Part shown: piece after piece, positions 38,923-52,970 of the stretch | Position numbering within the stretch: the stretch's first letter is position 1 | Layout: each line of letters opens with the position of its first letter | NCBI GenBank assembly: GCA_951406725.2 | Contig: OX597832.1 | Span: 9,176,001 to 9,240,000 of the forward strand | Direction of reading: 5' to 3' | DNA: 64,000 bases | From: Octopus vulgaris | Taxonomy: Eukaryota | The notes under the pieces: model-generated | Seen by the model: only the letters and a program-made list of their open reading frames with translations | What the model was told of the DNA's origin: nothing | Database searches by the model: none | Program-made: the position numbers and the translations under genes

Positions 38923-39339
38923 TAACAAATGTATCTGGTACCTATGTTGCGCGTGATAGATGAGTAGTATTTCAATAATGGTAAAGTGAGATGGAAATCA
39001 AATAAAACTTAGAAGATAAAGCTGGAGATCTTTCAATCATCATAGATTGAAACATTTATTAGCGCCTCAGATATTGGCACTATATCTGTAGTTGTTGAGT
39101 GTGTTTATATCATCGGTTTGGTTTCATAGCTGTTGGTCTATTGTCTAATGTGTCATGATTAAAATACTTTCCAGACGTGACACATGCAACTGAATTCCTG
39201 TTGTCATACCTAAATCTATTGCCACCTCATTTCTAGGTTTTTGTATATTATATCAATATGGGTGTATCTCGATTTTTTTATTACTAGTTGTAGCGATTTG
39301 TGTGGATTTTATCCCCGTCGAGTTAGGTGATGACAGCAA

Positions 39340-39625
<286 letters not shown>

Positions 39626-40090
39626 AATATTGATAACGCTCTGATGCAGTGTCAGTCAGTGGCCCTCATGGCTTCTGATCTTAACTGATTGGAATTGTTA
39701 TGTACATCGTTTAGTCTTGGTACAAAAGATGCGCTACACCAAATATTTTACTCAAAACCACAGATTTGCTTGTCAGTTGATAGGCATTAACTAGTTGAGC
39801 ATGTCCCTCATTGGCTAACGGTAAGTTCATATCCCATGACGAGGAGAAGGTGTGGGGAAGCATCATAGCTATGTGTTGAGAGGAATTAGATTGGGTTTGG
39901 ATAAGTGACATTTGGAAACATCCTTAAATGACCATCATCCAGGGATCTCTTGAGTGGGAAGTATTTCTCGAACTGAAGAAAATTCTAACTGGGCCTCACC
40001 TGCAAGTTCATTCACTGTTTATCTTGATATGAGATCACCATGTTGCGCACAAGTTGTTGTGATGTATGGACCTTCTATACCCTTATAAGT
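39626..40090 (+). mobile_element. Interspersed repeat, possibly the 5' UTR of a TAA-targeting LINE
   Basis: Higher-GC block starting exactly at the end of the (AAT)/(AAG) array with an early hairpin GCTTCTGATC-TTAACT-GATTGGAA. Recalled as a common octopus repeat; only one copy here, so family unproven. Confidence 0.4.
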
Positions 40091-40796
40091 AAATAATGCT
40101 TATATTAGGTATCTAATTGATTAATAATAATTATAAACTAATGGAACTTTTAATATAGCGCAGTTTAATTCAAGTTTAGAATAAACAGTTAAAATTTTTA
40201 AATGCCAGTCAAAAATTTACGTTAATTTTAATACTACGATGATCTAAATCATCAAATACATCATCGAATCTGAATTCGTGCGATATTCATATCGTTCAAC
40301 TTGAGTTTCAAAATCGTTTATAATCTGGAAAGAAAAAGGTTAAATATATAATAACCTTCTTTGTTTTTTAGTTACATTTCATATATGTTGAAAAGTAACT
40401 GTAAAATGAAAGTATTTTCCAAATGTTTATTAGATGAAAAGTTTTGCGAGGCCTATGGCTAATTACTAACCAATATTTTAAACGGATAACGTAGAATTCC
40501 AAATATAGAAAGTGACATTATACATAAATATTAATCATAGCTGGAAGTAAAGTAACGTACAACACGTTTAACATTAACAAGAAGGTAAGTCGGTCTGAGT
40601 ATAACTGTTTCCAAATCCAAACTGTGAAGAAGAATCTGAGAAATTTCAATTTTATTACCAATTCTCATTAAAAAAACAGGTTCCTTGTGTCGTATATCTT
40701 TTATCTATTTATTTTAGTTTTTTCAACCTAATTAGAAGTAACTATTGTAGAATAGAAACTTTTCTAATGCATATAATAATGATGATAATGATGATG

Positions 40797-40830
<34 letters not shown>

Positions 40831-40841
40831 TGATGATGATG

Positions 40842-40912
<71 letters not shown>

Positions 40913-40939
40913 GATGATGACAATGATAATAATAATAAC

Positions 40940-40976
<37 letters not shown>

Positions 40977-41171
40977 CGAAATATTCGTTATGTGAGTTCG
41001 TATGTTGAAGCATATTCTGTTCTGCCTGGGAGAGCCATTCTCTTGTCGTGCATTATAATTTCCGTAACGAAAGTCTTGGGAAAATAAGAAAAAGAAATAA
41101 GTGGAAATTTTACCGGTGCGTGTGTTAAATTATTAGACACCAAAAGGGAATGACTCTCCCCAGAAACAATA

Positions 41172-41239
<68 letters not shown>

Positions 41240-41262
41240 GTATTCACATGTGAATGGATGTG

Positions 41263-41306
<44 letters not shown>

Positions 41307-41624
41307 AGAGAGAAGAAGAGAGAGAGAGAGAGAGAAAGGGTCAAAAGAAGCAGCGTTGAATAGAAGACTGGTATGAAGTCATTTATGTATACTCTCATAG
41401 AACCAAATCTTTTCTTGCATAAATAGTCCCGTAAGATTCTTTTCAGGGGTATTTTAAGCTACGTACTGTTAATAAGCGTTTGCACGTTTGTAGTACTATA
41501 AGGACGGTTCTCGTTACATACAGGCACAACAAAGACATACGTTTCTGTTTGGCGGGAAGATGGTCAAAATGGAAAGAAAGTGAAATAGAGACGCTTGAAG
41601 CTATTTTGAACATCATATATGCAT

Positions 41625-42049
41625 ACTATTTACTATTTTTACTATTTTATTATTTTGCTTGTTTCAGTCATTTGACTGTGGCCATGCTGGAGCACCGCCT
41701 TTAGTCGAGCAAATCGACCCCAGGACTTATTCTTTGTTAGCCTAGTACTTATTCTATCAGTCGCTTTTGCCGAACCGCTAAGTTACAGTGACGTAAACAC
41801 ACCAGCATCGGTTGTCAAGCGATGTTGGGGGCAGAGACTCACAAACACACACTCACACACAAACAGAGACATATATATACATATATACGACGGGCTTCTT
41901 TCTGTTTCCGTCTACTAAATCCACTCACAAGGTTTGGTCGACCCGAGGCTATAGTAGAAGACACTTGCGCAAAGTGCCACGCAGTGAGACTGAACCCGGA
42001 ACCATGTGATTCGTAAACAAGCTACTTACAACACACCCACTCCTACGCC
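41625..42049 (-). mobile_element. SINE family B, full-length
   Basis: Head GGCGTAGGAGTGGGTGTG...GGGTTCAGTCTCACTGCGTGGCACTTTGCGCAAGTGTCTTCTACTATAGCCTC (tRNA boxes + CORE-like); same tail as the other copies. Confidence 0.9.
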
Positions 42050-43297
42050 TATACAATAATAATTAAGGTGTTCATCTACATTTTATTTTAGCAAGGGATT
42101 TCGCTGCGGAAGCAATCTGTTGAAAAAGCTCTCATAAAAAAAAAAAAAAAAACATATGAGAAAAGTATGGGACTACGAATAACTTATTCGGATTTTGGGA
42201 AGCGATTTTGACTTGTTACTCGGTAGCAACCGGAAAACCCAATTCGTGTTACAAAGCGCTATGAACGATTTTTACCACCCAACTAACAATTATATTCGCC
42301 CAACAACTCTACACACCCAAACAAAGCAGTGACTCTATACTTATGTTCAATCACATCTATACATACGTCTATTTCACAGAAAGTAAAATGCATCAAATCC
42401 TATTTAACATCACTTTAGAGAAAGACATTAATAAACATGTCTTCCATAGTACTCACGTTTCCCAGACGACATTTCTCATATTCATCCTTACCCTGCGCTT
42501 GTTTTCTCAGTTTGTTACTCATTGCTACTCATTGCTACATGTTTTTCTGTAGCAATGAGTAGCAGTGTTGAGATAATACCTTAATTTTTAAACTTTGCCT
42601 CTATTGTGTGGTCTGTATTCTTCTTCATCATACTTACAGGATGTATATATATATATATATATGGTGGCTGTGTGTGTATGTGCGTATGTGTGTTTGTGCA
42701 GAAGCGCGCAACAAACTGGTTAATAATGTTGTTCCCATGGTGGAAAGATTTTGATTTCGATTGTAGGACATGTCGATGTTTTGTGTTCTTGAGCGAAACA
42801 AAACATTTAATTTTAGTTTGCTCCATTCAGATAGTAACTTTGAATAACCCTGCAACAGCTCAGAATCTAGTTTGGGGTAGGAGTGACTGTGTTCGATGAA
42901 AGTGAGCTTATTATTCAATGATCCTGATATATCTAATTACTTTGATATACATATATATATATCCACCAATGTATTTTTCATTAGGATATATGTAAACGAA
43001 CATCATATATCCAAAACACAAGGAACTTGATATATGATGACAAAAAGGATTTTGATATGCACTTGTAGTAACCTGCAGTTTACGTTTAAGAATGGTGAAC
43101 TGTAGGTATGGCCGCATCATGAATCGCACATATTTTGCAAATATAATTACAAATAACAATTCACACGCTTTCCAACTGAGAATACGACATCATTCGATGT
43201 CGAAATAATATTTTTCCTGAATCAATATACTTATTCAATCCTCAGAATCGTCTCAACAGCAGATAGTTCCCCTTCAAAAATGACAAACTCTCAATGA

Positions 43298-43516
43298 ATA
43301 TTCTTTACTACTCTAGACAGAAGGTCCGAAATTTATAGGTCGGGGGCTAGCCGATTAGAGCGACCATAGTACGTAAATGAAACTTAATGTATCGACCCTA
43401 AAAGGATGAAAGGCAAAGTCGACCTTGGCGGAATTTGAACTGAGAACGTAAAAATGGGCGAGACATACTGCTAAGCATTTCGCCCGGCGTGCTAACGATT
43501 CTGCCAGCTCGCTGCC
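43298..43516 (-). mobile_element. SINE family A, full-length
   Basis: Reverse complement is colinear with 15035-15250 (GCGAGCTGGCAGAATCGTTAGCACGCCGGGCGAAATGCTTAGC...AGTTCAAATTCCGCC). Confidence 0.88.
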
Positions 43517-44289
43517 TTCTGTCAAGGGATATTATACATATAATGATGGTGATATATTGTAAGTTCAAGAAAATCTCATGAATATTTAAACATCCATGTA
43601 CAACAATATATATCTCAGTGTCCATGTGGTATAAATGTATAATGTACAACGATCTACCAATTTCTGTTGAATAAATGACAATATAAGAAAGAAATATTAT
43701 AAGTAGCTTAGAAAAAACATTAAGCTATGGAAAAAAGAGCAACATCTTTTTCCTCCTTACTAATTAATTCAAACACAATATGTTCAATGGTAACAAGAAT
43801 AAATAATTAAATGATTCGTTGACAATTGTAAGAAGTTACAATAACCAAACTATTCTGTTTCATTAAAACCACATCTCGCCTTTCGTCTTTAAGATTTGTC
43901 AGCAACTAATGTTGAAATAAGCAGCACGTTAGATATCAGTAAAAATATAAAACTTGTCTGTACTTGTGATACGATGTTATGGAATTATAAATTTATTCGT
44001 TTGATTCTAAGTAGATATCATGTGTTTTCACATACGGCATATCGTCATGAGATGGTACTCTGAGTATCATCTTATCTTAAGATTTTCACCATTGTCGAGA
44101 ATAGTATATCGTTTTCAGCCTGTACACGATTCTGATTCCAAAAGAGGCACGTGCGTTTGAGTGTCTGCGTATGTGTGGGTGCGTGTGTGTGCATGAGTGT
44201 GTGTGAATGAGTGTGTTTGTGTGATAATTTTCATAAATGTCAATTTCATAAATGCTACATTTAACCGATATCACTCACTTTATACAACG

Positions 44290-44600
44290 GATATGAAACT
44301 ATTAAAAAATCTAAGATACGTCAAGGCTTTATCAGGTTATTCAATAAATACTTTCAAGATAATGGTGAGGAATACTCCACCGTTATTGACAACATACTTC
44401 CCAGAGGAATAACGTACAAAACCAAACCAAACCAGGATACCGAAAAATGTAGGTAATCCGATTCAACCACCTTTGGATCTACGATTAAGTATTTTGGGAA
44501 GGAAAGTGGCTCATAATTTTCTAGATAAATATTTATTACTCTTGTAGAATTAGCAAATATTCCTGAAGAGAATAAACGTTTATTGAAAACGGACCTCAAT
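44290..44600 (+). mobile_element. Degraded Penelope-like linker fragment
   Basis: VIRFN(PP)FGSTIKY..GRKV...LDKY resembles the PLE IIWFNPP linker; followed by CTGAAGAG-AATAAACGTTTATT-GAAAAC (hammerhead-like remnant, ~44563-44591). Confidence 0.45.
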
Positions 44601-46457
44601 CTAACATTGACAATTTGCAAAAATCATTGAAAGGCATTGAAAACTTTTATGTCAATAATATTGGCAATGCATATTTAATTAAACAACCACGATTACATAC
44701 CCATGTCATGCAAAATTAGTAGTCATATATCGTAATCTGCTCCAGTACCTCGTCATTATCTCAAACCGAATACACTTTAAGTTTTATACACTGGTGGAAC
44801 CGCTATTCCAGAGATTTCATGAGGAGGAATGACACATTGTCATTTGCTCTAAATTTAATCAAGTAAGTTTCTCATGAAAATGTCATTGATATTTTATAAT
44901 ATAATTATTAAACTAAGTTAAAGGTAAGCTGTATTGATTTTATAGTAGTTGTGGTTTAGTAACTTAGGTTGTTATATAAAATTTTTATCTATTGTATTTG
45001 GCAACGTTTATGTTTTACTTTATTTACATAGCTGTATTGACTATGAGTATTGCGCAGAAATATGGATGAAAAATATTATAACTTGGTAATTAATTAGCAG
45101 TTTTTGACACGTAAATTTTTTGTTGGCTTCCATATTTTAATAAACGCATGCACAATTACAAGATGAGAGTTACCGCTCTCTCACTCTCAATCTCCCTGTC
45201 TCTCTCTTTCAATCTAGGTTCCTCTCTTTCTATATGACCTTGTTCACCTTAACTTAAACACCACTACCAATAACAACTATTGTGTATTACAAACGCATGC
45301 GCACAACTATATCATACATATTTGTTTAAATATATATATTTACTAATAAGGCTTTAAAAAAATCCAAAACGCTTTTTAAATACATATATTACCAAAACGT
45401 TCATATATGTCAAGCGATCGTCCAACACGTTGGAATGTAACTTCTTTCTGGGAAATTATCCCATCATGAAATACCCAATTAACCCGTTTCAATATGAAAT
45501 TTTTTAATTAATTCAATTTAATTTAATTTCCATAATTGGAATAATTGGATACGGAAACGGCTGTAAGAAAAAAATTTCCATATATTGATTTCAATATCTT
45601 TGACACTACTGATGACTAAATGACAATTTCTCCATTGTCATCTTTGTCTCATTCATAAATATTTCAAAGATCAATATCAATCTATGCAAAGCTAATGTGT
45701 TTACTTTTTCACTGAACACTACTATAAATCAGAGAACTACAATGCAAGCATTCCTTATATGATTATAGGTCCTTTGCAGGATTATATGTATCGTGTTTGT
45801 CATACAGCCTTAATATCTAACACATTTGCCTGTCCAATTTCCACATATCTATAATTTATATTTCTTTCCGAACTTTCCGTTGCTTTTAAAACCGTATCAA
45901 TCATTGTTAACTCTGTCCGTTATCGGAGATGCGTTTCCTTTTTCCTCTTTGTGCGCACATGTGTGTGTATGTGCCAGTGTGCATATGTGCTAGTTTATGC
46001 ACGTGTGTATGTATGTAGGCAGGTATGTATATACGTATGTATGTATGTGTGTCTATGCATATATGCATGAATGTGTGTGTGTGTACGTATGTATGTATAT
46101 ATTCTGCATATTCATGAATATCCAGAACACGAATATGCACAATATGTCCATACGTACATCCAACCTTCAATCAAGCCTTACGTGCATACATACATGAATA
46201 CATGCATGTATACATAATACATACATTCACGAGCATACACACACACACATGTAAGTTGGCGCACAAGCATGCGCACAAACAGAAAAAAACAAACGCAATT
46301 CCGACAGCGGAAAGACTCAAAACCTATTGACAGGTTTACGAATGCAACGGAAATTTCGGAAACTGAATATGAATAATGAATAAGTGAAAATTGAACCGGT
46401 GAGCCTTTTAATATTAAGACAGTGTGACTCTCACCAGATACAACAAAATGTATATAT

Positions 46458-46525
<68 letters not shown>

Positions 46526-46782
46526 TCTCTATCTTTTTAAACTTTTAATACTTTTGATATATTTTTAAACTAATATAAATTAAATTAATTTTATGTATCG
46601 GCTTATGTTTTCCATTGTTTGATTTGCCTAATAGTGGTTTTATCTCTACTTTAATATAATATAATATATTTATACTATAAAATTGGATTTAATCCTAAAT
46701 CTGATTTTTCCCTGTAAGTTTTGATTGATTCCCTAATATTTTATTATTAATATATATATATATATTTATGTGTATATATATT

Positions 46783-46844
<62 letters not shown>

Positions 46845-46866
46845 TATACATATATACATACATATG

Positions 46867-46928
<62 letters not shown>

Positions 46929-47574
46929 GATCTTATGTATTTTAAGAAAAACTTGTTCATTGCAGACGTTCATTAACGCACACGTAACGCTGTATAGTGA
47001 CCGGCCGGATTTAGCTGAGCCATATCTACACATATGCACCCAACCGTATTTATTTCTTATATCTTTCAGAAAAATGGATATTTGTATTGAAATATTATAG
47101 GAAAATCTTTCATAGATGGCATGATCCAATTATATCAAATCATTTTTGAAATATTTGTTTCCAAACAATGTAATATGCGTCGCTAGGTATATGTGCTATC
47201 CCACCAGTTTTCAAACTGAATCCCAACATAAATGTAATCTACATACACTGGAATGCATTTGTCGAAATTTCTATTTAGCCTATTTTCAGAAAGTCATGAG
47301 GAAAGGAATCTGACAGAAGTAAATTTTCTGAAACTCCTCTCTCCATTTCGCTGAATATAATTTTATCCGAAAACATTCATATATATTCAGAATCGTTTGA
47401 AAAATAATTGGAGAACATTTCATTCACGCATACCTATTTTACTGTTACTTATGAAGAAACAACCTCTGTGTGGCACAATCGTTTATGTATGCCTATTTCT
47501 TTAATATAAGTAACACAATTCTTACACTCTTACAGTTAGAATTACATTGTAATGCGTATATACATACAAACATA

Positions 47575-48092
47575 CATTTATGGCTGCCCCCTCGTTAACG
47601 AGTATGGTCATTGCACGAAGCTTAACTGTTACTGGTACTGTGATTGAATGTGACTTTTTAGCCCTGCTAAAGATCTACAATGTCTTGTACAGAATTGGCA
47701 ACTAAAACCTTTACCAGTAATAGCCGGCTGTAGTTGTAACTGGGCTTCATGTACCTTTGCATGTCATTTAAGTCCTCCTGCCGAATTACACCCTCTTCCA
47801 CATGCCCGACATATATGATCAGTATGGTGTGTTACACAACTACCAGTGGCCAGGTTGTCACTCATCCGTCTCGCTTTATGACTACGAAGATAATTCTTGA
47901 GTTCAGCTTTACTGAGGCAGGGTCTTGCACAAATATTGCATTTCAGCATCAATGGAAGACACTTCCCATCTGGAAGTGTAACAGCGATGCCCTTCCTGAC
48001 ATCCCTCCTCACTTTCTCATGTGCAACTCGAGATTTCTCAAAAGTGGTTGCCCCTTGTCCACAATCCTTCTCCACCTGTTACGATAAATAGC
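47575..48092 (-). mobile_element. 5'-truncated RTE-clade LINE 3' end with three C2H2-like zinc fingers
   Basis: YRNRWRRIV/GATTFEKSRVAHEKVRRDVRK (RTE DR..WR...G...FE..R motif), then CNICARPCLSKAELKNYLRSH, CRACGRGCNSAGGLK*HAKVH and CQFCTRHCRSLAGLKSHIQSQ in one frame; short 3' UTR; (TATG)n on both sides. Confidence 0.82.
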
Positions 48093-48104
48093 TACATACA
48101 TACA

Positions 48105-48138
<34 letters not shown>

Positions 48139-48188
48139 CATATATAGACATATAGATACATACAAACACACACTCACACACACATATA

Positions 48189-48262
48189 CAGTAATCCGTC
48201 GACTATCGGTGGTGTTACGTTCCCAAACCTACCGCGATAGGTGAACTGCGACATGGTGTGCG
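48189..48262 (+). mobile_element. Pogo/Tigger-like terminal fragment
   Basis: TA|CAGTAATCCGTCGACTATCG..GTGTTACGTTCC...CCGCGATAGGTGAA resembles Tigger-type CAGT..CCCTCG termini; no partner end found. Confidence 0.55.
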
Positions 48263-50049
48263 ATTTCTCTCTCTTTCTCTCTCTCTCTCTATCAATCTAT
48301 CTATCTGTCTATATATATTAATATATATATGTATATATATATATATGTATACATATATACATACATATATAAAGTTCAATATACATAAGGATACGATCAT
48401 TAGTTTAAATGTCGATCAAATCAAGTGACAGCATGGGAAGAAAAACTTATGGGAAATAATGGTAATTACAGTCATAAATAAGGAAATCTAAGAGATACCA
48501 CCATGCTTGAAATAGCAGTCAAAACCTGGCTCTAAAACCACATCAGGTGTTCAATACAGCCCATGGTAAAGAAATGAAAAGACAAATAAACTAGAAAAAT
48601 TATTTAATTCCAGCCCCTGGATTTCTGGCTCTGTGTAAAAGCACTTTTCTTTCGTCAATGAGGTATACCAAGAATTGGGTATAATTAAACATCTATGTAT
48701 ACCTACGAATACTCAGGTATACGGACATATATATATACATATATATGCACGAATATACAATGACCAGCTCAGTTATTCATCCAGACTCCATGAGTTGTAT
48801 GCCAAAATACCACCGCAGTAAATATTTATTATGATATAATGTATCTATCTTCTTGATATTTTTCTCATTTCCCGATTAACCTTATTTTTTCATAAATTAA
48901 CATTACACTTTGTACATTACCAATATTTTTTTATATTATTATATTCAATCCTTTCATTAAATTTCTATATTCCTTTTATTAAATTCATTTTCCTATTCAT
49001 CCGATTCTATCTTCCCTCTCAACATATGAATAGTCGTAAGAATATATGACTCGTGTATGCAGGTTTGTATTCATACATGTTTATATGGTTTGGTGCCTAT
49101 ATAAATACGTGTATACGGATTCATATACATGGTAGTTGGGTTTAGACGTATCTGCTTGTTAATATTTGCGTAACATTTTGAAAGATACATATCTACGTTT
49201 CTGCATATAAATGTCGATAGCTCTATATTAAGTATATTAAGTAGTCGAAGGTATGCGTGTGTATATGTGTGCGTATGTGGGCGTGCATGAGTGTGTGCTT
49301 GTGTGAATGTTCATGTATGTGTGTAGACAAACTTATATATACGTATATATGTATGTATATGTTTATTATTATATATGTGTATATATATATTTATATATAT
49401 TTATATATACATGCAATACATCTGTGTCGCTAGACACACATACACACACACACGCCTTTTCTCAATTGATAGCATTCAAAGGAAAGAGAATATTTCGGAA
49501 TATAATATTGAGATATGCAGCATGCATGTAGAGGTTCATATTATCTAGGAGCCAATTTCTGGACGTTTTCTTTGCTAAGTTTGACATATCTGACAAGTTG
49601 GTGATGTAACATTGAAAGAGAAAATCGAAAGCGGACACCAAAGAATATTTAGGAACAACTTCAATGAATGAACAAGCAAACCAATATTTGGCATCGGCAT
49701 TTTTGCATAAATCGTGAGAGATGAAGAAACCTGTGTATTATACACTCAGAAATTCATGCGTAGAAACCCATCGAATATTGAGGGCTGATACATGCAATCG
49801 GTTATAATATGGTGACATGAAAACCAGATATATCTAAAATATCTACGAATTGGAATAAGCTATATTAGTTTAACTGCGTTTAAAATGTCAGTGTAGTGAC
49901 CAGGATTGACTCCTTTAGTAATATGGATGATGCAAAATATTTGAAAAAATATACATGTTATTATTGGATCCTATATTTTATTAAACGTGGTTCAAGTTAT
50001 GGACATTTTTCGGTATTCTTAGACAGATTAGGTAGAAATATTGATTTGA

Positions 50050-50185
50050 AATGTAGGCACAAGGTCAATCAAGTTCGGGAAAAGAGGTTCAATCGATTAC
50101 ATCAACCCCAGTGCTCTACTACTACATATTTTATCGACGCCGAAACGATGAAAGGCAAAATCGACCCAGATGGAATTTGAACTAC
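50050..50185 (-). mobile_element. Partial SINE family A copy
   Basis: CCCCAGT...ATTTTATCGACGCCGAAACGATGAAAGGCAAAATCGAC...GGAATTTGAACT is the reverse complement of the family A core. Confidence 0.75.
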
Positions 50186-50329
50186 GTATGAATATGTCTG
50201 TGAGATTATTTGTGTTGTGTGGTGTGTGTGTATATATATGTGTGTGCGTGCGTGTTGTGTGTCTATGTGTGTATTTGACAGAGAGATCGGGAAAATGTAA
50301 CAGAATTTCCGAATATCTTTTATTTTTTT

Positions 50330-50648
50330 AATTTTATTTTTTCAGTCATTTGGCTACTGCCATACTGGGCCACCGCCTTGAATGGTTTTGATCGAAAAAC
50401 TCGGCCCTGACTACACATAATCGTTTTAAAATCTCATACTTATTCTATTGTTCTCGATTGCCGAACTGCATGACGTAAACACCCCAAACACCTACTGTTA
50501 ACTCAGACAGACAGACACACACACACACGCACACATGTATGTATATATACATATACAATGAGCTTCTTTCAGTTTCTGTCTACCAAATTCACTCAGAAAG
50601 CTTTATTTAGATCGAGGCTATAGAACAAGTCACTTGATCAAGGTGCCA
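50330..50648 (-). mobile_element. Head-less SINE family B copy (within local duplication)
   Basis: Family B tail and body; truncated at CAAGGTGCCA. Confidence 0.8.
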
Positions 50649-50716
50649 ATGACAAGCAACAACTTTTTCCTTGTACAGGCAGAAGCCTGAAGCAGTTTGT
50701 CCGGCGTAATCACGGT

Positions 50717-51098
50717 TTTAGCACACCGGGCGAAATTCTTAACGGTATTTCGTCTGCCGCTATGTTCTGAGTTCAAATTCCGGCGAGGTAGACATTGCCT
50801 TTCATTCTTCGGGGCTCAATAAATTAAGTACCAGTTACGCACTGGGGTCGATATAATCGACTTAATCCCTTTGTCTGTCCTTGCTTGTCCTCTCTGTGTT
50901 TAGCCCCTTGTGGGTAGTAAAGAAATATGTATTTCGTCAGCCGCTACGTTCAGCGCTCAAATTCGACCGAGGTATATATTGCCTTTCATTCTTCCGGGCT
51001 CGATTAATTAAGTAGCAGTAGTGTACTGGGGTCGATCTAACGACTGGCCATCCTCCCCCAACATTTTGTGTCTTGTGCCTAGAGTAGAAAAGAATAAT
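50717..51098 (+). mobile_element. SINE family A tandem dimer
   Basis: Two units with 184-bp period (GTATTTCGTC at 50745 and 50929). Confidence 0.87.
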
Positions 51099-52557
51099 AA
51101 CCGACGACTACAAAACGTCGATTAGTTTTTCAATTTTTTTCTCAACAAACAGCTCATGAGATGCCATTAAATTGTTAATGAAATGTAAAATAACGTGTTG
51201 TTATGGGTTTGTGGCTGGTTGTGGGCTTTACGTGTGTGCGTATGACTGCGTTTTCGTGTGTACGCTCATGTGTGTGTTTAGCTGTATGATGAAAGAGGTT
51301 TTATCAATGACTTTTAATTCATCAGCTAATTTTATTTTATGTCTTGCTTAATATCATCTTCCTGTTGAGCAGTTGAGTGCACTGTTATGATACTCTCTAA
51401 CTATTATTTTCCTTATATATTTTACTTGTTATTTCTATGCATATTTGAGTTTATCATAATAGCTAATGTTTTCTAGCATAAGAACACACGTGTCATGTAG
51501 CTGAGTATATATGATATTGTTTAAATATATTTATTATATAAATTATCCTTCGCTTTTCCTATCAACGGCGTGTTAGAAGTGTGGCTGTTACCACTTAATT
51601 CATTATTTCTCTCTAAGATGAATTTCTACAGTATGTATTAACTTCTTAATGTTGATTTCTTATAGATTACATGGTAATACCTTGTAACTCATCATTATTT
51701 ATTGAACCATTCTCTTTACGTATGGCACAATGTATGCCTATCTGTGATTCCATTATATACACGTCATCGTTACCCTGTATTTTCAACTATACTCTGCGCA
51801 TTGTCTTCCATTTAATTATGGTAATGTCCCTATACTGTGGCTGTTATTTCATGTGGTTCCCTACACTTCTCGTTTCGCAAGTTATCTATGAATTTATTGT
51901 GTACAATATGCAGCTGTTATCAGCATTATATCCCTGCTTAAATGGTTATCGCTTACATAATGGTGACTTGAAACATTTGCCTAAATTTCTTAATAACTTT
52001 ATTTTGAGTTTCGTTTCGTATAGTGCTTCCCCAAAGCTCTACATCATATTTCAGTGTAGCATCCACGAATATTATTTCAAAATAGTTTTTGAAACACACC
52101 AAAGGCTTTCTCTGTGAATTATGGTTTCTTTTACGTGTTCCAGAAAAAATCCGCGAAATTACGTAAATTGATTATTGTTTTTTTTTTTTTTGGTTTTACT
52201 TATTCGTGGCTGTAATACATTATGATTCCATCTTGGTTATATCCCGGAGATTGCACATAGTGAACCCACTCATCTACATGATCTCTCATTTCACAAGTTG
52301 GACATATGTGAGTTACATTTCTTATAACCTGACGAGATACGCTATGGATATGTTAATTTAATGAAAACAGTTATTATGTGTTGATATTCTCTGCTTGTTG
52401 GTTATAGGTTTCATATTTTACGGTGTTTTATAGAAGAAGTAAATTTTCTTGGAATTTTTTCATTTGTTGTCGAAGACTACTCAGCTAGGTTGATATATGC
52501 CTTTTAAAAATCCACCTTACTAAGTATATTGTGTTGTTTATTTATCAAAATATATAT

Positions 52558-52970
52558 GGGCGGCGACCTGGTAGAAACGTTAGTACGCCGGGCGAAATGC
52601 GTAACCATATTTCGTCTGCCGTTTCGTTCTGAGTTCAAATTCCACCGAGGTCGGCTTTCCCTTTCATACTTTCGGGGTCGATTAAATAAGTACCAGTTAC
52701 GTACTGGGGTCGATATAATCGACTTAATCCGTTTGTCTGTCTTTGTTTGTCCTCTCTGTGTTTAGCCTCTTGTGGGAAGTAAAGAAATAGGTATTTCGTC
52801 TGCCGTTACGTTCTGAGTTCAAATTCCGCCGAGGTCAACTTTGCCTTTCGTCCTTTCGAGGTCGATTAAATAAGTACCAGTTACGCACTGGGGTCGATAC
52901 AATCGACTTAGTCCCTTTGTATTTGTTTGTTCCTTCTGTGTGTAGCCCCCTGAGTGCAATAAAGAAATAT
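52558..52970 (+). mobile_element. SINE family A tandem dimer
   Basis: Full head, then a second unit with 184-bp period (.TATTTCGTC at 52607 and 52791). Confidence 0.9.

Noticed and set aside
51600-52200. Possible CR1/L2-like LINE remnants (minus strand here; plus strand ~61900-62250)
   Set aside because: Only faint motifs (LKYDVELWG; SWCNTI); not supportable without alignment.
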